A DNA stretch of 63,654 bases, the filler included, from Folioceros fuciformis (lineage: Eukaryota): assembly GCA_049999805.1 (NCBI GenBank). It is 14 parts of 14 records of this genome, joined end to end, with 100 filler letters (N's around TTAATTAATTAA, not from the genome) between each part and the next. Parts side by side here need not be neighbours in the genome. Positions count along the whole stretch, not along the records: positions 37,280 to 39,942 come from JBNGIO010003719.1; positions 40,043 to 42,336 come from JBNGIO010003720.1; positions 42,437 to 44,524 come from JBNGIO010003721.1; positions 44,625 to 45,773 come from JBNGIO010003722.1; positions 45,874 to 51,593 come from JBNGIO010003723.1; 9 more parts are not named here. One strand, given 5' to 3'. The translations under genes and the position numbers were made by a program. How positions within the stretch are numbered: position 1 is the stretch's first letter; each line of letters starts with the position of its first letter. Below the pieces are notes generated by a model that made no database searches, was not told the origin of the DNA, and was given only the letters and a program-made list of their open reading frames with translations. This document shows positions 37,280 to 47,308 of this stretch, piece by piece.

Positions 37280-39942
37280 AAGGGAGTGAACTAATGTCAA
37301 GGTTACCTACATCTCCCTAATCTCACTCTATCTATCAGCATATACCAAGTGCTATAGCAATAGGTCAGAAGTCTCGGTCCTGTCTTTGTCTCCTACCACA
37401 ACACCAACCCCAGCCTCAACAAAATGAGAACTCCAGNNNNNNNNNNNNNNNNNNNNNNNNNNNNNNNNNNNNNNNNNNNNNNNNNNNNNNNNNNNNNNNN
37501 NNNNNNNNNNNNNNNNNNNNNNNNNNNNNNNNNNNNCTTCAACACTTCCACTTCCAAAATCTGCAACTCAACCCTTCTCTCCTGCAATTTGGAACACAAC
37601 AGCCTTCCCTCTTGCAGCCTTCAAGGCAGAGGCGAGGCCTAGGGCTGGGTAGCCTCCTTGGCTCACAGCCCTGCAACCTCACCTTAGCCAGCATGCAAGG
37701 TGGTCAGCCATTGCGGATCCGACCACACGAATCTTGGCAGTCTTGGGATCCTCCACGTTCCCCTAGTGGCAAGGGAAATCAAGACCTTGGTTTAGTCTCA
37801 ACCAGCTCAACGCCCTAAGCCAGGAGTTCTGCACCCAAGGTCCAGGGAAATCGCACCATAGACAGCCCCCTCCTCAATGGCAGGTCTAGCCTCTTATACT
37901 ACCTTGGCCCAAACCTCCATCTCTATCTATTAGGGTTAGCCTCAGTCAACCACCCAGAAATCTCTCTCTAACCTAAGCCGCCCCTAATTCTGACCTAAAC
38001 CTAACTCTGACCTAACCCTAACTTTGACCCAAACCTAGTTCTGACCTAATAGGGGTTGTGTCCTATGGACACCATTGGGTGCCCTTACCAAAATTGACCA
38101 ACCTCTCAAGACTACCAAAATGGTCAGTGCCTCTCAACACTCTCCCTCCTCTCTCAAATCATTCCATCCCTTCTCTCAGATCATTCCAGCAACCCTTCAA
38201 AGATGCGTCTCGCCTCACCATTAATCTAGCTACTAATCTAACCTAATCTTTTAACCATTTCACCACAGGGTTCACTTAGAGATTCCCAAAAAGAGAAATC
38301 CTACCATTTTCCAAGGACCTATTCAGCATGTGGAGTCCACACCTTGTCACACTGCTGCTTATTGCGGGACAACCCAACAGCGCTTGCAGTTCTTCCTGCT
38401 TCCACACTCGCAATTGTGGCTCTTGTAGACCCCGTGGTACCAATCTTTTGGTGTCTTCACTCGGGGTGCTTTTGGAAGCACACAATAACCACGTGTCCAT
38501 TCTTTTGGCAATGGGTGTAGTAGAATCCCTTCGGAGGACACTTGCATGCAGGGGACATGTGCTTAGGGTTGCCACAATGGTTACACATGGCTACCACTGC
38601 TGCCGTTGGAGCTGCTGCTGAACCTACCTGAACTGGCTTAGTTTGACCAGTCTTGGCTCCTGCACCTGTGTTAGCTGCCCCCTTGCTAGAGAACATGGAT
38701 TGGTAGTGCGTGAAGGCCTTGGAATACCGAGAGGCATAGGCCGAGAAGGCTACCTACTTCTTCTCAGCTTCTTCATGCACTTGCTCCAAAGTGTACTTGT
38801 CCCCATATTTGTCCACCAAGGACGACGTAACCAGCTGGAAATGAAACAACGGGTCTCCTTCAAGTGCATTCAAAAACCTCTGCACCGCTTCCTGATTTGT
38901 TAACATCCTTGTACCTTTCCTCAATTTCTGTAGCCTCTTGAAGCACATCTGGACTGTCTCCCCCTTTTTGCGAGCAAAGGCAGCAAATTCTGCAATTTTC
39001 TATGGGGTCTTCATCGGGAATGCCCTCTCCAAAACAGCTAGGAACTCCTCCACTGGGTTCAAGTACTTGCAGGTGTGTAGAAACTCTTGCACACCAGCTG
39101 TGGGAGTAGCCCGCTCTGCTAGTGTCAAATTCACCACTGTTGGAGGTGGTGTGGTGGTGGAGATGGTCTTGGCTACAATCTCCGCCTGATGGTCATACAA
39201 ATCTAATACCTCATTTGCTAAGTAGCTGGACGGCTTTTCAAACATGTACTGTGGTTGTAGGCAGCACCATGTTTGAACTTCACCCTGCTGATGACTGCAT
39301 TGATGAACAAGCGAAAGTCCCTTAAGGATTGGGTGTTTGGTCTACTTGAGAATTTCTCTGGCCTAAGCCCTGATGAACCACCCTCCATGGTGTCTGACCC
39401 TTCAGACAGGTCACCCTGGCCTTGCCCTACACCAAGGACAAACCCAGCAAACCCCGGATGTGTTTGCTATGACCTCATAAATGACAGCTGTGAATTGAGA
39501 GACCCTTGTTGTCCAGGTTCCTCGTGACAAACTAGCTGACCCCCTAAATCTGAGTTGGTTAGCACAACAATCCTGCCCAGGTCTAAGAGGGGTGACCAGC
39601 TGGGTTGCCCAATGGATGTTGCTGGTTCCAAGTCCTCTCTCAAGTCTTCGTCACTTGCAAGTTGGCGTCGTCAAGCTGCCCACCTTCTCCTCCGTTTTGC
39701 ACGCTCCGGTGATGCCCTAATAGGAATGTCTTGACTCCTCAATCGCTAATGTGGGCTGGCCTCTTGCTTATCTGGTTGCATACCCCATGCACCCATGTTA
39801 CACCTACAGCTGGTGCTTGGCAAAGATAGTGAGGTGTTGTGCTGCAAATGATAGCAACGGGCCTGGAGAAGTGACTCTCGCTGGGATGCCACACACTGCT
39901 TCAGCTATACCCACAGGACCCTTCTACTGGCTGTTGCTGGCC
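37280..39942 (-). mobile_element. LTR-retroelement family A copy: decayed gag with zinc knuckles directly followed by PPT and 3' LTR
   Basis: Minus-strand gag-like pieces (QEAVQRFLNALEGDP...YTLEQVHEEAEKK; CNHCGNPKHMSPAC and THCQKNGHVVIVC). PPT GAGAGAGGAGGGAGAG at 38155-38140, then TGTTGAGAGG from 38139. The region 37280-38050 is colinear with ~55375-56270. Confidence 0.7.
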
Positions 39943-40147
39943 NNNNNNNNNNNNNNNNNNNNNNNNNNNNNNNNNNNNNNNNNNNNTTAATTAATTAANN
40001 NNNNNNNNNNNNNNNNNNNNNNNNNNNNNNNNNNNNNNNNNNAAAATTAATTAACTTCATACTAGTGCCAAACATACATATGTCATCAATATATAAAGCT
40101 AAAATGATAAAGTTGGAGCCGTCAGCTAGATAATAAACATTACTATC

Positions 40148-42336
40148 TGTAGGGTTATTAAAGCCCAATGTGCTTAGGCTAATGTGTTTAGTCTAAGATT
40201 AGTGTCTAGTTAATGTGCTTAGACTAATGTTTTAGTCTAAAGATTAGTGTCTAGTTAAGTATCATTAGTTTAGATTAGCTTAAGCTAATCTGTAGGAAGC
40301 TTCTTGCGCAGCTTCCTGTGAGCTTCTCGTGAAGCTTCATAGGGAGCTCTTCTAGAGGGTATAAATACCCCCTTGAGCTCCCTTGCCAACCACTCTCAAT
40401 GTGACCTCTTTTTCTCCTCTCCTCTCTGCCTCCTCTTCTCCTCTCCTCCACCATGCTCCTCTAGTGATCCTACAAGTGGTATTAGAGCAGCTTGTGGAGC
40501 AAGACCATGAAGATGGTCATCTAAGAGGGGAAGGGGCGCCACGCAGGCGCCACCTCAATGCCATGCAGGTGCCACCTAGGCACCATGTGAGAGCCACTCG
40601 GGCGCCACCTCGGCGCCACCCAGGCACCCCTTGGGCGCCACGCGGGCTCCACCTGGGCGCCATCAGGNNNNNNNNNNNNNNNNNNNNNNNNNNNNNNNNN
40701 NNNNNNNNNNNNNNNNNNNNNNNNNNNNNNNNNNNNNNNNNNNNNNNNNNNNNNNNNNNNNNNNNNNCGATTGACGAGTGCCGGAAAGTGAACAAATCGT
40801 AGACGCCGGGAGCGAGTGTGTGGGCGCCGTATTGACCGCTGCTAAAGAAGTCAGGATCTCGATCAGACGTAGGAGGACATTCCTGTTATGAGCGACAGAG
40901 GCCCAAGTGGTGGACATACGATTCGGAAGAAGTTGTGAGGGTAACATGTAGAATCTACATTTCATTTCGACCAATTTCAAACTAGCCTTTTGGTTGATTT
41001 GGATCGATTTTGAAGCATGATGTCCTCAGAAAACGTCATGTTCAATATCGAGAAGTTAGATGGTACTAACTTCCCATTCTGGAAAGAACAAGTGTATAAT
41101 GTTCTAGTACAGAAGAAGCAGATCAAGCCCATCAAGCTGCTAGGAGTGAAACCTGTTAGCATGACTCAGGATGAGTGGCAGGATCTATATGAGCTTGCTA
41201 GGTCTACCATCATGCTAACAGTGTCGAAGTCGGTCTACTTCAACGTGAAAGACAAGACCACAAGTTTCGAGCTATGGCAGAAGCTGTGTGACTTGTATGA
41301 GAAGCAAAGTGCAGCTTCTCAGGTGTATTGGTTGAAACAACTGGTGGACTTGAAGATGAAGGAAGGGACGAGGATGTCCGATCATCTGAATGAGTTCAAT
41401 ACCATTTTCAGCCAGCTCTCATCTCAAGGTATCTCGTTCCTAGATTCCGTGAGAGCTATGTTTCTGTTGGTCACATTACCAGAGAGCTGGGACACCTTCC
41501 GTACGGCTCTGAGTAATTCCGCTCCTGCCAGTGGTCTTACCGTTGTAAATGTAGAAGGTAGCCTGTTAACAGAGGAGGTGAACAGGAAGAATATGGAACC
41601 TTCGAAAGGTTCTAATGCCCTCATGGTGAGAGGAAGGTCCACTTCAAAGGGGAAGTACGAGGAGCGAAGTTCTTCCCGTAGCAAATCTCGTAGTCGTAAC
41701 AATGTTGAGTGTTACCATTGTCACAAGAAGGGTCACATCAGAAGGGACTGCGAGAAGTTCAAGAAGGAAAAAGGCAAGGAGAAGAAGCAGAGCGACAACA
41801 AGGCAGATTCGAGTATCGAACGTGATGAGGTGAACTCTGTTGACGATGAAGATGTTCTTATCTCTTCTTCTTTTGGTTTTGCACAACTGACAGCCATTGA
41901 GAGTCACTTATTCTCTAATTGGATAATTGACTCTGGAGCATCTTTCCATGTTACTCCGCATAGGAAGTGGTTTAGCACTTATGATGCTACTAGGAAAGGA
42001 TGTGTTCGGCTTGGAAATAACTACGCGTGCGAGATAGCAGGCGTTGGTGATGTGCAGCTGAAGTTCGACAACGGATCTTCATTCACACTAAAGGATGTCA
42101 GGCATGTTCCGAAGTTGACCAAAAGCATGATTAGCGCAGGGCAGTTGGATGACGCTGGCTACCATTGGTGGTTTGGAGATCGTTCTTGGAAGACCTCCAA
42201 AGGTTCTCTTGTGATAGCTCGTGGATCGAAGTGTGGCACTTTGTACTCACTTCAGGTAACCACTGTCAAGGATCATGTGATTTGTGTAGGGGAACAGCCA
42301 AGTGTTTCCTTGTGGCATAGTCGGTTAGGACATATG
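40148..42336 (+). mobile_element. Ty1/copia element, 5' part: LTR, tRNA-iMet PBS and gag-pol
   Basis: The LTR ends ...CCTACA at 40474 (start TGTAGG at 40148 or TGTAGGA at 40291). TATAAATA at ~40360; PBS TGGTATTAGAGC at 40477-40488, one mismatch to the canonical TGGTATCAGAGC. Confidence 0.9.
41017..42336 (+). CDS. Copia gag-pol polyprotein, intact up to the gap
   Basis: IEKLDGTNFPFWK; gag core; CYHCHKKGHIRRDC knuckle; protease WIIDSGASFH; pre-integrase LWHSRLGHM. No stops in 440 codons. Confidence 0.93.
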
Positions 42337-42436
42337 NNNNNNNNNNNNNNNNNNNNNNNNNNNNNNNNNNNNNNNNNNNNTTAATTAATTAANNNNNNNN
42401 NNNNNNNNNNNNNNNNNNNNNNNNNNNNNNNNNNNN

Positions 42437-42602
42437 GTATCACTTTCAGAAATCGTCTAGAAAAAAAATGTATCACTTTCAGAAATCGTCTAGAAAAAAA
42501 ATGTATCACTTTCAGAAATCGTCTAGAAAAAAAATGTATCACTTTCAGAAATCGTCTAGAAAAAAAATGTATCACTTTCAGAAATCGTCTAGAAAAAAAA
42601 TG
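42437..42602. repeat. Perfect 33-bp tandem repeat, 5 copies (runs into gap)
   Basis: Unit gtatcactttcagaaatcgtctagaaaaaaaat, no spacers. Confidence 0.95.
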
Positions 42603-44624
42603 TGTCTATACAATTCATAAATATTTATATTAGTTTATTTTAAAGAACTTACATATGTAGTAATTATATGAACGAATAATTTATTTACAAAGTTTTATGT
42701 TCTAGATTATTTAAAAAATAGTCCTACCTATTTGACATATAATTATCACATACATGGTGTATACTTCAAAAGTGATATATAACTACAACATAGATGACTT
42801 CATATTTCATGCATATTCATAACATGATTCATTCAGATTTGACACCTATTTTTAAGTAGATAAGGACAAATCTTATGATCTATATTACCATGACTTACAT
42901 GGACTNNNNNNNNNNNNNNNNNNNNNNNNNNNNNNNNNNNNNNNNNNNNNNNNNNNNNNNNNNNNNNNNNNNNNNNNNNNNNNNNNNNNNNNNNNNNNNN
43001 NNNNNATATTACCATGACTTACATGGACTCTCCTAAGGTGTCCTTGGGTAGATAAGTTTGTTTATCATGTTTATTGTATGGCGTACTCACAATGTTTCTT
43101 TATGTATGGTTTTAGAGAACTCAACTAAATTGGAAGTTAAAAGCCCAAGATCACTTCAAGCGTGCCTACAAATGGGCATAGATCCCAAGGAATTGATCCA
43201 CAGGTAATCAATTATATGATATAGAATCAAAGTATAATATATTGCCTTTGTGCCATAGACAAATAGATCAATTGTAGTTAAGAAGGCAAGCTATGTATGG
43301 CTATTTGTCCTATAATAGGATGCCCATGTATTAGAAACTACGATTTTTTTGGTGAAAAAGGATTGTCCAGCGAACTTCAAAAATTGAAGTACACACATTA
43401 CGAAAGCCAGAGAAGAGGTAACAGATATTTTTATAACAAATTTGATAGTATTTCAAAGATATAAATATACTATATTGTTCAACTATGCATGTGTTTGGCT
43501 TGTATTATAAAATCATGAAGCCCTCCTAAACTTTTTTGACTTAGGTAGAGAAATAGGAGACTATCATTGAACTTATATAATTTGTAAGTCAAAAGTCCCA
43601 TGTCTATCATTGAGGCTCCTCTTGTTGTCTCCTCTTTGACTAATTTGGTACGCCAATTCTATAATTGATCCTCCCACCCTCCTTCTCTCTCTTCTTTTTC
43701 CTTCTCTATTTAATCCAAAATTCATCATGGTAGTGTTGTATAGGTAAGAACTAGACATTATGAGTCCTAATGCTTAAGTTATTGACATAAGAATAAAATA
43801 AGATTGGCTTATCATGGAGAGCCTCAAAGGGAGGAGGTAGGCCATTGTAGACTTTTCTTTTTTGGTGATTTTTGTTTTTCCTTTTTTGTGAGAATTGAGG
43901 GACGAGAGGGAATGAAGTTGCTATAGTATATAGGATACATGGAACCAATAAACCAAAAGTGACAATACAGGAGGAATAAGATAAAAAGTCAAGGAGAGAT
44001 AGGTAACGCATTAAGGTTCACCATCCAGAGAACCACTTTAATACACCACATTGATGTGTCAAGCTTCTCTCATTCAAGGGCACTCCAAAGGCATCGGTAG
44101 GAAGGTCCGAGGCACGACAAGTGCAAACAAAGTACATGGGATCCAATAGCATTAGAAATTCCCCATTTGGGCTATTCTAATGTCGCTTGATTCTGCAGGC
44201 CTCTATAGTTTGGGGGCCCAAAGTAAGAAGAGATTTGGCCTCTGCCACTCTTGGCAACCCAATAGAGAGAGATCACTAGCGCTCCAGATCATTTCGTCGA
44301 AGGAGGAGCAAGCAAGAGATTAGAACAGCATGGGACCAAGAGGAAATCGCATGAAGCGTAGAAGTTGAGGAAAATCCCAAAAGCAGCGGCAAGAACGATG
44401 CACATGCTGAGGGGATTGGGGGCTGCATTTGACTCATGTGCTCTTGATGTTGAGATTGGGGGCTGCATTTGACTGCATCACACTCCTATTTGTTAGATAC
44501 ACAGCAGTTGCAATAGCCTCACCCNNNNNNNNNNNNNNNNNNNNNNNNNNNNNNNNNNNNNNNNNNNNTTAATTAATTAANNNNNNNNNNNNNNNNNNNN
44601 NNNNNNNNNNNNNNNNNNNNNNNN

Positions 44625-45773
44625 CTCCATCTGTCCATACACAACAAGGGCCTCTTGGCCGAGTCCTTGCTGTGCATACCCNNNNNNNNNNNNNNNNNNN
44701 NNNNNNNNNNNNNNNNNNNNNNNNNNNNNNNNNNNNNNNNNNNNNNNNNNNNNNNNNNNNNNNNNNNNNNNNNNNNNNNNNGGCTGTCCATGTCACCACA
44801 TCCTTCGAGGCCATGCCGTCGAAAACCTGGCGGGCATCTTCCAGCTCACCACATTTTGCATACATGTCCACCAGGCAGTTTCCCACGACTACATCATCCA
44901 GGAGTTCTCTCTTGACAATCTGTGAGTGAAGCTCCCTGCCCTTCTGCAACGCACCAGTGCTTGAACACGCCTTCAGAAGGCAAGCAAAAGTAACACGGTC
45001 AGCCAAAACGAGGCCCGCCTTCTCCATTTGTGCATATACAACAAGCGCCTCTTGGCCGAGTCCTTGCTTTGCATACCCAGCAATCAGGGCATTCCATGTC
45101 ACCACATCCTTCGCATCCATCCTGTCAAAAACCTGGCGTGCATATTCCAGCTCACCACATTTTGCATACATGTCCACCAGGCAGGTTCCCACCAGTACAT
45201 CATCCAGCAGACCTCTGTGGACAATCTGTGAGTGAAGCTCCCTGCCTTTCTGCAAGGCACCAGTACTTGCACACGCCTTCAAAAGGCAGGCAAAAGTAAC
45301 ACGGTCAGCCACCACCAGGCCCGCCTCCTCCATTTGTCCATACACAACAAGTGCCTCTTGGCCGAGTCCTTGCTGTGCATACCCAGCGATCAGGACCGTC
45401 CATGTCACCACATCCTTCGTGTTCATGCTATCAAAAACCTGGCGTGCATCTTTCATTCGGCCACATTTTGCATACATGTCCACCAAAGAGCTGTTAACAA
45501 ACAAGTCAGTACGGAAGCCACTGCGCAACACGTCGCGGTGCACTGTTCTGCCAGATTCTAAGTCGCCAGCAAATGCACAAGCTTGAAGGGCGGCTACAAA
45601 GATATAACCATTCGCCTTCACTTCTGACCTACGCATTTCATGGTACAGTTGTATGGCCTCCTTCGGCTTCCCGTGCTTCGCATGTGCAGAGATTATGGAA
45701 AACCACATGAAGACATCCGGTTTCCATACCCTGTTGAACACATCCATCGCCTCCTTTAGCCTACCTCCACATG
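44625..45773 (-). CDS. PLS-class PPR protein fragment, close paralogue of 47309-50257 (both ends in gaps)
   Basis: Repeating P-L-S triplets VVTWxxLIAGYAQQGLGQEAL / VTFACLLKAC.STGALQKGRELHSQI / LVDMYAKCG in an open frame. Confidence 0.9.
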
Positions 45774-47308
45774 NNNNNNNNNNNNNNNNNNNNNNNNNNN
45801 NNNNNNNNNNNNNNNNNTTAATTAATTAANNNNNNNNNNNNNNNNNNNNNNNNNNNNNNNNNNNNNNNNNNNNAGGTAATCGAGTGTAATATAATATATA
45901 AATATATACATAAGTTATATACATAAAAATTTACTTTTCTCTTATGGTATTTTTCATTAATACCGAAAATATATATAAACATATGTATATATTGGTTTAG
46001 ATCTGATATTAAATCTCAAGTGATGTTAAAATAATATTACGGACGGAGGTTCCATTATTGTACTCAATACTCTGTTCTATCTCACATGGTCTTCAATATC
46101 CCATATTTGTATGATTATATTATTTAAAATTAATAAATATTTATGAAACTCTATTTTATGAGTTTATTTTATTACTTGTATTTTTANNNNNNNNNNNNNN
46201 NNNNNNNNNNNNNNNNNNNNNNNNNNNNNNNNNNNNNNNNNNNNNNNNNNNNNNNNNNNNNNNNNNNNNNNNNNNNNNNNNNNNNNGTATTGTTGGGATC
46301 ACTTTATCACCAAACAGCAGTACTGTACGTGGATCATATCCATGGCGAGCTATGTCCTCCAATCACGTTCGGGGGCATCGCCAGGTGAACAAAGTTGGAG
46401 ATCCTCTCCATAATTGAATAAAAAGGTGTTTCCTTCCTCCAGACCACCTCTGGCGCCTGAAGCAAGCTGGCCTGCCGGATTGGCCGACCAGGAGCATGAA
46501 GCGCATCCAGAGGCCCAGCGGATCAGCTGACGTTTTCTGGCCTTCGGAAAGCGCCAGTGAAGAATTGGAGGAAGAGACCGCGGTACAGGATCGGGCTCAA
46601 AACATAGGCCTCGGCGATGGCAGGCGAGCTGCCTGGTGGACGTGCACGCAAAGTGAGTAAGTTAGGCCAAGCGGGTAGGAAGGGTGTCAGTCAAGCCAAG
46701 CGGTCAGGGAGGGTGAGTAAGTCAGGCATATCGGTTAGGAAGGAAGGAAGGACGGGACTCCCTTTGCAGAGCGTGTCTGCTACGCAATCTCAGCGGCCGC
46801 GCGCTCCCTCCAGACTCATCTTCCCTCCGCTTTGGACTGGCTACGGCCTCAGTCCTTCGTCCCGCTTCCCGCGTTCCCTTTGCCACTCGAGATTTGACGG
46901 CGGATGGATGCTTACAGTCGTCGTAGCTGGTCTTCTGGCTGCGCGTCTGTTGCGGACGTGAGATCAACGAGGGAAGGGAAGCATCCTGCTGCCGCCGTTG
47001 GTGCGCGGGGATCCCTGGCAGGGAGTGGTCTTCGGTGCGCTGCCTGGATGTTAGGGCACGTCGATCGGGTCGGGCAATGTGCCAGTTTAAGTTATCCCTG
47101 TCGGAAACGGAACCTTTTCCTCGCCATGAAAACGAACAGCTCGACCTACACCACTCGACGAAAGGAAACTTGGACGTGGAGAGAAATGAATATGGCGCAA
47201 ACTCAGATTCCCATCTGTAGCCCGTTCGTGCTCTCCTTCTTGCTCCATCTACGAGAATTTATGAGGTGAATTTCCGTGACCGTGGAGCCCGTTAGCGATG
47301 CCTGAACC

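Noticed and set aside
42437-42602. 33-bp repeats (also the 39-bp and 57-bp arrays) as CRISPR or as repeat proteins
   Set aside because: Head-to-tail units without unique spacers. The periodic ORFs arise simply because unit lengths are multiples of 3.
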